A stretch of 64,000 nt of DNA from Chrysomallon squamiferum (Eukaryota; Animalia; Mollusca): contig CM022667.1 in NCBI GenBank assembly GCA_012295275.1, positions 4,588,001 through 4,652,000 of the forward strand, read 5' to 3'. Under the pieces are notes generated by a model, which worked only from the letters and a program-made list of their open reading frames with translations, did not search any database and had not been told where the DNA came from. Numbering within the stretch: the first letter of the stretch is position 1; each line of letters opens with the position of its first letter. A program made the position numbers and the translations under genes. Below, piece after piece: positions 41,419-52,132 of this stretch.

Positions 41419-42545
41419 ATGTATACAAATATCATATTTCAACATCAGGTTATTTTTAATAGATTTTGTTTCTAAAGATTAATATTTATATTTATAATTT
41501 AAAAATAACAAAAATGTTACGACTGCTTTAAAACATTTGAACAAGCTTCAGTTGAATGAGTAAAGTCAGTTAAGTGTATAAATGTCAGTTTATAATCATG
41601 TAATTTGTTCTGTTTCTAAATGTTACTGTTATGTTTTCACTGCCCAGCATTCCTAATCTTGAGGGTGAGGACCAGGGACCTGTGGTTGATTTGAAGGGTC
41701 GTAGTTTGATGCCGTATTGTCACTTTGAACTGCATGAATCTGACTACCTCCTTCGAACTTCTAATGACTCAGCAGAAACTAAGCACAACCCAAACATGCA
41801 GGTCATCGAGTTTTCTTGCACCGGAATAGGAGTTAAAACTATTAGGTATGTGTTAACATACAGTTTATAGAGTTTTCTTGTGTTATTTTAGGAGTTAAAA
41901 CTATTAGGTATGTGTTAACATGCAGGTTATAGAGTTTTCTTGTGTTATTTTAGGAGTTAAAACTGTCAGGTAAGTGTCAGTATACAGGTTATTGTGTAAT
42001 TTTTTGTGTATTTATTCCACAATGTGTTTAAGTTCATTGTAATACTTCTATCTACTATCTGTGCGTATGTAGTATGTATGTATGTATGTATGTATGTATG
42101 TATGTATGTACGTATGTAGTACGTATGTATGTATATATGTCTATGTATGTATGTATGTCTATGTATGTATGTATGTGTATGTATATATAAATTTATTGTA
42201 ATACATCTCAGTTTCTGTTAGTAGTTTTGAGACTAGTTTTGTGTTGTAATTTCAGGGAATTCAACATGTTAAACCCGACTAAACTCAACTACAAGTTCCA
42301 GTGGGTGTGTACTGACGAGGCAGATTTGAAGAGACCTATGTGTTTCAGATGTCTCCACCCAACCGGAGAAATACAGAGTCGCAAAAAATTTAAAGTAACA
42401 AAAATATCATGTATTTTACAAACAAACAAAAAGTATAAAAGATATTGCATTTATTAATATAATAATAGTTTTTTTTTAGAAGAAAAGAATAATAAGAATA
42501 ACAAAAAATATAGTGTGTTTTATAATAATAGTTTGTCTTTGTTTG

Positions 42546-42600
<55 letters not shown>

Positions 42601-43687
42601 AGAGTAAACATTTAAAACCTAGAATGACATTAATCTACTTTTTATCAGGCAGCGTTTGAGTTCACTTCCAGTGAACTTGAGTTGATCGAGTCTTCGTGGA
42701 CGTTCAACATTCCTGAGAGAAACATCAGCGTCCCGTTCCTCCTGGTTGGCAAGATGAACGACCCCAGCATCATCATGGACCGCGCACACATCGCACTCAA
42801 TGTCCTGATGGGCAGAGAGGCCAAGGAGACTTTCTACATCGTGAACAGTGAGAATATCCCGTTCCGGTTTGCCTTTGAGAAGCAGTCCTTGCAGTCAGAT
42901 GGGTTTTCAGCCCCTCTTGGCGTGGAGCCAATGTCAGGCAAAGTGCAAGCAAACTCAAAGTGAGTCTGAGCAAAATACTTTTATTTGTTTCTTAATTACT
43001 TTGTCCTAGTATATATATATATATATACATATATAGATAAAATATGGCAACCATATTTTTATCGTATTCTAATTATGTTTGATGTGGGAAATTTCCAATG
43101 ATTAAAAAAAAAAGGTTCATTTGACAATGATTTTCAGTAACTAAATATAAATCCATTATTTTTCTTTCCTAGAAAAATAAAGGATGTGTATATTATAATT
43201 ACAATTTTTTTTTCTTAGGAGATATACAAATTTAACAAAAAAATTTGTTTTGAAAATAAATTTCACAGGCTTCCCATAAGCTTGACCTTCATTCCGAACT
43301 CGGAGAAGAAACTGAATTTCAATTTGATCTGTAACGTGAAGTCGAAGAAGCAGCCGATCATGTTGAATGTGAAGGCTCAAGGTTACATCATCCTGTCCTG
43401 TGTTTACTATGAACACTTCTCTGGAGAAAGAGTTGAACTCAGCGATCAGGAGCTTAGTCTTATAGACCTGGGAGAGGTTTTTACATTGTTTTTATTAGTT
43501 TGTTTCAGTCGTTTTATAAATTATATCCCAGTTCATTAAATTTGTTAGTTAGGTTATTTTTATATTTATTATTAATTAATTTATTTGTTTAGTTATTTAG
43601 TTAGTAGTATTATTAGTTTCAGGAGTTGTAGTAGTAGTACTTGTGTTGCTGTTATTGTTAATATTATTCTTGTTATTATTATATTAC

Positions 43688-43750
<63 letters not shown>

Positions 43751-45381
43751 TTTTTAATATAACTATTATTAGTATTTTATTACTTTTTAAAATACAACTA
43801 TTATTACTGTTATTATTGTTGTTATTATTAATTATTATTTTTTTTAATATGACTATAATTACTATTATTATTATTTTTAATATTACTATTATTATTATTA
43901 CTATTATTGTTGTTGTTGTTGTTGTTTAGACTGAGGTGAATGAGGAGGCGACTAGGAACGTGATAGTGACAAACACAGGTAAATTTAACTTCACGTTCAG
44001 GTGGGAAATACCTGACAAACTGGCCAAGAAAGGCATCGTCATCATCAACCCGAGTGTGGGGGAGGTAACTGTGGGCAAGAAAACAACGTGCAGATTATCA
44101 TTCATCCCTCCTAATCCCTCACTCTGAAGTGTGAAGTTCTGCTGAAGGTAAATCCCTGCCTTGTTTAATCCAACCCATGTTAGCATCTAAACCATCACCC
44201 ACTTCTTTTCTTTATCTTAACACTCAGCTTCAGTAGCCTTGAATAACTGATAGATTAGACCAAATCATTAAAAATAATAATTATCTTCTTATTTTTATCT
44301 TTAATTTCTAATGTTTCTTGTCCCAGCCAATATTCCACATCTGGTGTAACAAATATTTCTGGATGTACTCTGCTTTCTGTGGGATGGTATACTTAAAAGA
44401 TTTGCTGCTGCTAATTGGAAAGAGTAGCCCATAATGTGTCTGCAGACAGATTTCTCTCTCATATTCTTAGTGGTCAAATATTAAATGCTGTGTATAAGCA
44501 TATATAAGTGAGTGGGTTGTTAAATAAAACATTTGATTTTGATTTTGATTTTTCTGTTACAGATTTCAAATGGTCCTACTTACAACATGAGAATTCTTGG
44601 AGTGGGGGTCTCTTCCAGTGTTGTGTTCTCGTTTGACAGTCACAAGTTTGGCAGCTGTTTCATCCACCAGGCAGGCATGCCTGTCAACTCCACCATTCTT
44701 CTCATCACTAACAAAAACACCAAAGACATCAGGTATTTTTAAACATGGTATTATTGTCTTCAGCCAGTTTTACACATCATTGATAGTTTTTCCATTTGTG
44801 ATTTTTTCAAGCAGGAATAATGCTAAAAATGTCCATGTTTTAGTTGTTCATCATTGATAGTGTTGTTTTTTCCTGAATCTGATTCTCCTAAGAAAAAAGA
44901 AGTCAGGTTTTTTTTCCAAAATGCCAACATTTGATAGTTTTTCCAGTCTGATTCTCCAGTCAGCCAAAATATAGCTTGATTCAGTTTGAGGTGTCACCTT
45001 TTATATGTAATAAATATAAACAAAATTATACTAAAGACAGAAGCAAAAAATATCAACAATGTTTTGCTCAGTTTCATATAATATAAATTTAAAATTTAAA
45101 ACAAAAACAAAATAAAAATTATTTTCAGTGTTGATTGTCTGTATGAACCAACAAAACAGTTGCATCATACATTCAAAGCTGGGATTATCAAGCCAAATGA
45201 AACCATGGAAACAACCTTCACCTTTTATCCAAGGGAAGCAATCAAGTATCACGAGACTGTGACATTTGAAATAAACAGTTTAATAAAACGCAGTGTGGAG
45301 TTTTTTGGACAGGGAACAGAGCTGAAGGTAAAACAAATAAGTTTTAATATCAGGAGAAAACAACAGTAATATTATAGTGCA

Positions 45382-45412
<31 letters not shown>

Positions 45413-47951
45413 TTCTGTGTTGGTTTGTGTGTGTCTATATCAGTATCAAAAGTTAAGTCATATATTTAGTTAAAATTCCATGTTGTAATTTTCAAGGTTG
45501 AGGTTGCAGATCCTAAGTTCAAAATGATAAACCTTGGAGCTAGGAATATTGGTGATGACGTGAAGAAGGTTGTACCCATAGTGAACAAGAGTCTGGCTGC
45601 CATCCAGCTCAAGGTGGGGGTGTCCCGCAACACAAAGGCGCTCTCAGACTCGTACGTTCTCAGTGTCCAGCCACTGGATGGGCTGAGTCTACCTGCCAAA
45701 GGAGGAACATCTAACGTAGAAGTCATCTTCAGACCACGATGTAGAATCCTGCAGTTCACAGAGGAGGTAGAGTTTATCTTGTTACGTACAGGAAGCAAAA
45801 TGTGTTATTGTTTGTTTTGGTTATTAAAATTTGTAGATAAATGTGTGAAGTTCTGCCATACTTTTCCATTCATGTCGTATCAGGACCATAAAATAAATTG
45901 TTAAAGATTACAGTATATTGGTTACATTTTAAGTTTTTATGTTTTTATTTGGTTTATGGATTTTTCAGGTACACATTTATTTACTGTTAAAAGTGAAATG
46001 TATAAACATGCACACATGTGCAACACATAGATAACATGCATGCGCACACACACACACACAAACACACCCAAATGTAAACACAAGTATAAATAGACAGCAA
46101 ATATAAAAACCATATTTGTTTATTTTCATCTGTGTCTGTATGACTGTTGGCCTGCACACACACACACACTTATATGTATATGTCTGTGTGTGTGTGTGTG
46201 AGTGCATGTGTATGTTTGAGTGTCTGAATGAATGTTTCCGAGTGTGTTTGTGTGTTTCACTGGGTGTGTGTGTTGTGTGTTTCTAACAGTGTTAACACTG
46301 TACTACATGTGTTTGCGTGTTGTGTGTTTCTAACACTGTACTACAGGTGTTTGTGTGTTTCTCTGTGTGTGTGTGTTGTGTGTTTCTCTGTGTGTTTCTA
46401 ACAGTGTTAACACTGTACTACAGGTGTTTATGTGTTTCACTGTGTGTGTGTTGTGTGTTTCTCTGTGTTTCACTGTGTGTTTCTAACAATGTTGATATTT
46501 ACATACTAAACTCTGTACTACAGGTGTTTGTGTGTTTCACTGTGTTTCTAACAATGCTGGTAGTTACTTACTAAACTGTACTACAGGTGTTTATGTGTGT
46601 GTGTGTTGTGTGTTTCTAACAGTCTTAACACTGTACTACAGGTGTTTATGTGTTTCTGTGTGTGTGTGTTGTGTGTTTCACTGTGTGTTTCTAACAGTGT
46701 TAACACTTGTACTACAGGTGTTTATGTGTTTCTCTGTGTGTGTGTGTGTTGTGTGTTTCTCTGTGTGTGTTTCACTGTGTGTTTCTAACACTGTTTACAC
46801 TGTACTACAGGTGTTTATGTGTTACTCTGTGTGTGTGTGTTGTGTGTTTCTAACAGTCTTAACACTGTACTACAGGTGTTTATGTGTTTCTCTGTGTGTG
46901 TGTGTGTGTTGTGTGTTTCACTGTGTGTTTCTAACAGTGTTAACACTGTACTACAGGTGTTTATGGAGTACTTGGGACTCAGTCAGCCACTGTTTCTGAT
47001 AAAAGGTTCGTGTCTGGGTATGGAGCTCACTCTGGACATTGAGAATCTCGTGTTCGGAGCTGTCATGCTGCGCAGCAGCAGCACCCGCAAACTGGGCATG
47101 TACAACACCGGCGACATCAACGCAAAGTAAACTTAACTGATTTCTACAGCCTCGTTTTTCTGCTCCTGTTATTAACATCATCAAAGTTCATAAAATTTTG
47201 TGATAAAAGTTAATATACTTGAGTTTTCTGTAAGATAAATACTTTCTTGTTGCAATTAAATATAAAAATAAATAAAGAATTATCTTTTTTCTCAACAATG
47301 TAAGATAATATAATTTGACTTAAAAAGTTAATATAATAATGTATTGAAAAAAATATAAACACAAAAAATTAAATTATAAAATTAAACCAAAAAAAAATGT
47401 ATAGTATCACAGTTTGGTTATAAAAATATGCTGCAGTCTATGGATAGGTTTACCTACAAGATATTTTGATGCTAAGTGATTAAAAATAAAAAAGTTTATT
47501 TGATAATGTTTCAGGTTCAGATGGGATGTAAAAAGGTTTGCTCCAGATTTCTCCATTACTCCAGTAGAAGGGTTCATCACTGCTGGCAAAGAAATCGTGT
47601 TTGATGTAACATTCCACCCACAGGAAGTGAGCTCCGAAATAAAATATGAAGTGAGAGATTTTATTTATTTATTTATTTATTTATTTTCTTATTTATTTGT
47701 TTGTTTGTTTGTTTGGTTGTTTAATTCATTATTTATTTATTTATTTTCTTATTAATCTATCTGTCTGTCTCTCTGTCTGTCTGTCTATTTATTTAAAGGT
47801 ATTCAGCCAAAATAATGTTATTATCTCAAATTATGTTAATTTGTATGTGGAATAATTTATGTATGCTACAAAACAGGAGAAAAATTATTGTTAAAACTAA
47901 AAGTTAAATAAAGTGTGCTAAACTGCAACATCAAACAAACAAAGCAACAAA

Positions 47952-47986
<35 letters not shown>

Positions 47987-49126
47987 ACAATCAAACAAAA
48001 CAGGATTTGTTATAATGCTTACTAATTCGGATTATCATTATAATATCATTTGGAAGTTTGGTAATATTGATAGGTACTTAACTACAGACGTGACTAACCA
48101 CAACAACAAAACTGACCACATTATAATATCATATTATTCATAATATGAATTAGCAATGTTAAAATTATTAATACTTTTTTTTTTTAAACAATTTTTTCAG
48201 TTATAATTTTCCCTTGTATATTTCAGAAACTGGAATGTTTTCTCAAAGGAGGTGAACATCCTCCGTTGATGCTGACGTTGTGCGGGTTGTGTACGCCTGC
48301 TACCGCAGCGAAGGAAGTACAGAACTTTGTTGTGAGTGTTCGACAGAAGGACATGAAGAACATTCCCATCCTGAACAAGAGTAACAGCACCTGGGAGTTG
48401 AAACCAATCATTGATGGAGAACACTGGACCGGTCCCACTACTTTCATCATCGAAGCACTGCAGACAAAGATGTACCCAATCACGTACAAACCTGTCACCA
48501 TGACGAAAGATAACAAAAAACATCACGTGAGGTTTTGATTGAGGCTTGCTTAGATAGAAGTTAATTTTTGTGGGGTTTTTTTTGGTTTCATTTTGTTGTT
48601 TGTTTGATTTTTGTGGATATTTAGTTTATATACTAATTTATAAATTATATATATATATATATATATAGTTTAATTTGTATTTAATTTATGTATTACATTT
48701 ATTAATATATGTATATATAATGTGTTTGTGTGTGTATGTGAGTGAGTGTGTATTTGTTGTTTTTTAATTTATTTATATGAAATCTTTTTAAAATGAAAAA
48801 AAAAACAATTCTTTTATCAGTGTCTTCTCCAAATCTTACGTCATAATCCTGTTATTTTCTTTTTTAAAATTATGTCCACTCAACAATTAAATCAATAAAC
48901 CGTTTATAAAAATATTTTAATTGATTAAATAAAATGTTTCCTGAGTAAATAGTTTCTACTGAATTTCATGTTAAAACTCCATTCAAACTCCTATCTATAA
49001 AACAGATGTAAATTCTTTGAACTAGAAAACCTTTGAACATAGAACCTCTGAGAATTTCTTGGATGTCAGATCACTTTAATAGAAGATGCTGACTATGTGT
49101 GTATAAAGCCAATAGATAAAAAAAAA

Positions 49127-49160
<34 letters not shown>

Positions 49161-49448
49161 ACTAGGTAGAATATAAAATTTGGAAACAGAAAGATCCTTA
49201 CTTACATCAGCCTGTGTAATAATTCTGGTGTGTTACGTATTATAATTAAATTATTTTTGGTATTCCAGGGTTCCTTGTTCTTCCCTCTGCCAGATGGGCG
49301 ATGTCTTCTGTTCTATCTGACTGGTATTGCTGAACATCCGAAGGCTGCAGACAAAATCACACGCGACATTCCATGTAAAACATCCTTCACTGAAGTGCTG
49401 CCTGTGAAAAACTGGCTCAAGAAACAACAGAGGTATCTTGTTCTAATT

Positions 49449-49510
<62 letters not shown>

Positions 49511-52132
49511 CATGATAATAATAATATTAATAATATTAATAACAATAACAATAATAATTAACAAAAAAATAATAATAATAATAAATACAAAATACAATAG
49601 AATTATTATTCTTTTTTTCCTTCTTCTTTTTAAAATGAACAGGAATTAATAAACATTATTCCATTCTAACCTTATATGAAATTGTTCTTCTGAAATAAAT
49701 TTAATATCCTATAAAGTGCAAAATAGTTTGCTATACCAAATTTACTTCCAGAGAGGACATAAGTAAATAGCAACAGATCTAAATGGCTGCTATGTTTCTG
49801 CTGTAATTAACAAATACATACTTTGTTTCATAGCCTCACGTTACTACAGAAAGTTGTTACTGCTGACTATTTCAGATTCCGAGTGAGAAACGAGATAGTG
49901 AGATCTGAGAGGGTGGATCCGGGTGTGGTTGTGAAGGGAATGGATTTCATCGATGTCCCAGCCAATGGCAAGAAAAACTACAAACTCACTTTCTACAGCT
50001 ACAAAGAAGGAAGTGTCTTTATAAAGGTCAGTCAGACATGTTTATCTTTTATCATTTACAAATAAAACAACAACTTTATTTTTGTCACTTTTTCAGTGGT
50101 AATCGCTAAAAGATTTAAAAAAGTAAACATTTGTTTCTCTGTTTGCAGGTGTCGTTCACTAATGAGCAGACTGGGGAGTATTTGTTCTACGAGCTGTATT
50201 ACCGAGGCACCAAGCCAGACGTCATAGCAACCATAGAACTGTCCACCCAGGTGCGACAGTCAGTGCAGCACACGATTCAGCTGCTTAACCCGCTTCCACA
50301 CCAGGTGACCTTCATAGCCCAGACTAGCACAGCAGACATCTTGATACCTTCATCTGTCGTAGCATCGCCAGAAACAGAGGTAGTCACAGTTCTTGTTTTG
50401 TCTTGTTTTGTTCATTTTGTTGTTTTAATCTCACCACGAATTGTTTTGTTTTCTGCTTCTTTAAAAGTGAAAAACAAAAAAAAATCTATTTTAATTAGTA
50501 ATGTCTGGCTATATACTAATGAAGAAAGAAATTAAGATACTTCACAGACTGATTAATAAGAAAAATAATTTTACAGGGGTTGAAAATGAGTTATATTTCA
50601 GTATTTATCAAGATCTGTTGTTGTTTTAAATTGTTTCTGCTTTTTAATATTATGTTGTTGCTGTGTCAGTAAAGTTTGATTTGTGTTATACAGGTAGATG
50701 TGACATTTGAATATCAGCCACTCAGTAAAGTTTGATTTGTGTTACACAGGTAGATGTGACATTCGAGTATCAGCCACTCAAAGTGGGTAAAACAACTGGT
50801 CGACTGGAATTTGTCTGCAGTGAACTTGGTCTTTACATGTATGACTTAGATCTGAGTGCCAGTCCAGCAGTTCCAGAGAAACCACTGTACTTCAGAACAG
50901 CACTGGGACAGAACCAAGTCCAGGTGGCGAAATTCTTCAACTATTACAAACAGAGATCAGAATATGCATGCAAGGCAAGTTCAGATATATAAATATCTGT
51001 ACAGACAAACACACACACACACAAACACACATATAATTTAAAAATAGTTGCCGATAGCTTGCTCATTCATAGTTTATATTTTTAATTTTTATCAAGTATC
51101 TTGCAATACTAATGAACAGCACGCATGTCACTGACTTCTCAAAATGTTAAAATTTTACGAGTTATAAAGAAAAGTGTTGTTTTTGTTTCTTTGAAAACAG
51201 TAATTTAATGTTTGATTTATTTTACTTGTCAATAACAAGTCACATTTTTGTTGTTTGTTAAAATCTAAATATTTACATCAGTTAAAAACTCATTTCAATA
51301 TCAGACTGATAATGAACGTTTATACAGATTTTGTCAGCAGACAAACTGATTAGTTTATTAATAATTATTTTAAATTTTTAATTACTTTTCACAGTCCACT
51401 TATTTTATAGATTTTTGCCAACAAACATGTTTATCATTTCATAAATAATTATTTAATAATTTAATTTTCAGATTGACATTTCAGATTTTTTTTAAATATA
51501 TTTTTGGCAACAAACAGACTGACAAGTTTCTAAACAATTTTTTCAAAAAATTTATATTAAATTCACAACACAGATTTTGTTTTGTGTATAAATTTTTGTC
51601 AACAAGTCTAATGAGAATTTTACAAATAAATATTTCTAAACTTAACTTTCAGATTGACAATCCAGATTTTTCGGTTGTGAAGACTGTGAGTGTGACAGGC
51701 TACGGCACCGAACCTACAGTGGACGTGACCTTTGAACCCTCAGAGCTGGGTGAACAGCGCGGAATGCTGACAGTGACCTCGCCAGTGGGCGGAGAGTACT
51801 GCTTCCCTCTGTTTGCCACCTGCCTGCCCCCCAAACCGCAAGGACCGATCGTAATCAAATCTGGGTCGCCCGTCACCATCATGTTCAGAAATGTGTTTCG
51901 AAGCATCACGCAGTTTTCCTTTCAGATCGACAGTCCGATGTTCAGCGTGCCAAAAACCTCCGACTCCATTCGACCGCGGCGAGATTACAAACTCGTCATT
52001 TCGTTTAACGAGTCTGATAAAAACCGGGGGCCAGTCACAGCTCAGCTGATTGTGTCGTGCGCTCGCTCAGCGACTGGGATGAGCAACGTGGAGTGGGTGT
52101 ACTACTTGAAAGGAGCCAGCAGTGACAAATGA
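424..52132 (+). CDS. HYDIN: Hydrocephalus-inducing protein homolog (Hydin), multi-exon, 5' end outside window
   Basis: Spliced translation is collinear with vertebrate HYDIN as I recall it (EPLQGEIWPNS..YCDITGRESRLPL; GEGLFPRISLDLPR; LPEYVLDFG; DWDDRLKTVKWVD; C-terminus WVYYLKG). Exons read by eye with AG/GT boundaries and phase checks: 424-923, 1465-1532, 1865-2189, 2755-2944, 3618-3731, 4147-4299, 4806-4909, 5485-5619, 5992-6133, 6702-6814, 7424-7574, 8035-8172, 8558-8686, 9083-9376, 9897-10034, 10335-10556, 11707-11916, 12574-12711, 13242-13976/13991, 14455-14645, 14920-15193, 15597-15782, 16370-16504, 16976-17215, 17462-17564, 18060-18149, 18455-18610, 18752-18937/18952, 19826-19944, 20443-~20550 (3' end garbled), 21033-21216, 21861-21996, 22378-22434, 22819-22860, 23283-23447, 24184-24416, 24736-24797, 25195-25337, 25823-26032, 27582-27623, 28536-28717, 28977-29159, 29738-29857, 30171-30503, 30885-31086, 31581-31680, 32089-32188, 32518-32769, 33355-33510, 34071-34154, 34793-34946, 35404-35838, 36264-36494, 36923-37022, 37763-38026, 38459-38732, 39394-39470, 39834-40043, 41032-41283, 41648-41845, 42256-42394, 42649-42959, 43269-43476, 43930-44147, 44563-44732, 45129-45327, 45497-45766, 46957-47126, 47515-47650, 48227-48526, 49269-49432, 49876-50026, 50149-50379, 50750-50974, 51653-52132. 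Exons in the low-complexity middle region (19.8-28.7 kb) are less certain. Confidence 0.96.
10570..11390 (+). mobile_element. Decayed Tc1/mariner DNA transposon remnant in a HYDIN intron
   Basis: GC-balanced island in an AT-rich intron. 10800-10922 translates ILEHVAGHSVWDVARCFSIIKVTIQRLYSHLQATGFTRVS*, resembling a Tc1 N-terminal HTH. Weak inverted ends: TACACTCAGCAGAAAAACAAATG at 10570 and CATTTTCTTTTGTTCC near 11370. Boundaries approximate. Confidence 0.6.
11440..11720 (+). repeat. About 62-nt tandem repeat, 4 copies, spanning the acceptor of exon 11707
   Basis: Unit TTTTACTTACTTGATT(C/A)TTCTACTG..TGTTTTGTGTGTAG|GTGTTT; the last copy is the real junction. Confidence 0.85.
13242..13991 (+). 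CDS. HYDIN: Large HYDIN exon containing a low-complexity insert with repeated KxxQT motifs
   Basis: ORF 13266-14000. Conserved part VAHFEPDIIHLFGEGLFPRISLDLPR is followed by a Ser/Thr/Lys/Gln-rich segment. Donor is either 13976 (gtagga) or 13991 (gtgagt), both phase 0. Confidence 0.85.
15830..16142. repeat. 36-nt minisatellite, about 9 copies
   Basis: TAAGGTATACTTGGGTTTAATAGGTTAAAATAAT(A/G)T starting at 15841, 15877, 15913 ... 16129; no spacers. Confidence 0.95.
17610..17890. repeat. About 30-nt degenerate minisatellite
   Basis: ACAGCTTATAGAAATAGTTTTAAATTCATT repeated about 8 times. Confidence 0.85.
18455..18952 (+). CDS. HYDIN: HYDIN adenylate-kinase-like (P-loop) domain exons
   Basis: Joining 18610 to 18752 gives IVVIVHGPHKSG-KTSTAQKLAEKY, an intact Walker A GxxxxGKT. 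An ADK-like domain in mid-Hydin is established knowledge. Confidence 0.88.
18925..19200 (+). repeat. About 19-nt tandem repeat built from the donor region of exon 18752
   Basis: AAACAGGAA(G/A)TGAGTAAGT repeated more than 10 times, starting inside the exon. Confidence 0.88.
20068..20580 (+). repeat. 77-nt tandem repeat, 5 near-identical copies plus a partial copy, spanning an acceptor
   Basis: Units start at 20068, 20145, 20222, 20299, 20377; TACAG|GTGACT at 20133, 20210, 20287, 20365, 20442; partial unit at 20551-20580. Confidence 0.95.
25375..25735. repeat. (ACT)-rich trinucleotide-derived repeat with an internal 75-nt duplication
   Basis: TGTCTACCACTACTCCTATTACT recurs at about 25470, 25545 and 25620; lies in the intron between exons ending 25337 and starting 25823. 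Confidence 0.85.
25992..27117 (+). repeat. Array of about 10 copies of an exon end plus donor, separated by variable (CA)n tracts
   Basis: Unit CAGTTACTTACCAGACAGCAGACACGCCCTGACTGCATAGT|GTGAGTTCCTTCATCTAAGTGTTTT(AC)nATCTGTGT at about 25992 (real exon), 26107, 26224 (truncated), 26329, 26435, 26579, 26643, 26745, 26855, 27065 (degenerate). Confidence 0.95.
32870..32980 (-). mobile_element. Fragment of the same SINE-like repeat, inverted
   Basis: GCTATTCTTTTT..TAGCAAG..TTTTATGTGATACCTTCCCACAGA aligns with the reverse complement of 44377-44430. Confidence 0.45.
40035..40380 (+). repeat. About 50-60-nt tandem repeat spanning the donor of exon 39834-40043
   Basis: AGTTTACCA|GTA(C/T)GTTT(G/A)TTCA..AGAGA(T/A)AGTTATTCATTTTATTTACC, about 7 copies decaying with distance. 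Confidence 0.92.
41808..41990 (+). repeat. About 62-63-nt tandem repeat, 3 copies, spanning the donor of exon 41648-41845
   Basis: GAGTTTTCTTG..TAGGAGTTAAAACTATTAG|GTATGTGTTAACAT recurs; donors at 41845, 41907 and 41969. Confidence 0.88.
44320..44535 (+). mobile_element. Degenerate SINE-like interspersed repeat (3' part)
   Basis: The core TCTGTGGGATGGTATACTTAAAAGATTTGCTGCTGCTAATTGGAAAGAGTAGC has inverted, diverged copies at about 32876-32930 and 56480-56550. It resembles a gastropod SINE tail from memory only. Confidence 0.55.
46270..46965 (+). repeat. TG-rich tandem array with 9 copies of the acceptor of exon 46957
   Basis: TGTACTACAG|GTGTTT with the AG ending at 46346, 46423, 46523, 46586, 46641, 46717, 46810, 46875 and 46956 (real); each is preceded by TTTCTAACA. 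Confidence 0.95.
50667..50781 (+). repeat. 56-nt direct duplication of an acceptor plus exon start
   Basis: CAGTAAAGTTTGATTTGTGTTA(T/C)ACAG|GTAGATGTGACATT(T/C)GA(A/G)TATCAGCCACTCA occurs twice. Confidence 0.95.
51653..52132 (+). CDS. HYDIN: HYDIN terminal coding exon
   Basis: actttcag|ATT GAC AAT... to TGA at 52130-52132; GGEYCFPLFATCLPPKPQGP and WVYYLKG match the recalled Hydin C-terminus. Confidence 0.93.
   Translation: MDNPDFSVVKTVSVTGYGTEPTVDVTFEPSELGEQRGMLTVTSPVGGEYCFPLFATCLPPKPQGPIVIKSGSPVTIMFRNVFRSITQFSFQIDSPMFSVPKTSDSIRPRRDYKLVISFNESDKNRGPVTAQLIVSCARSATGMSNVEWVYYLKGASSDK

Noticed and set aside
424-52132. HYDIN as a pseudogene
   Set aside because: Only a few lesions, at short base runs or beside a tandem array, against about 75 otherwise phase-consistent conserved exons; assembly error is more likely, though unproven.
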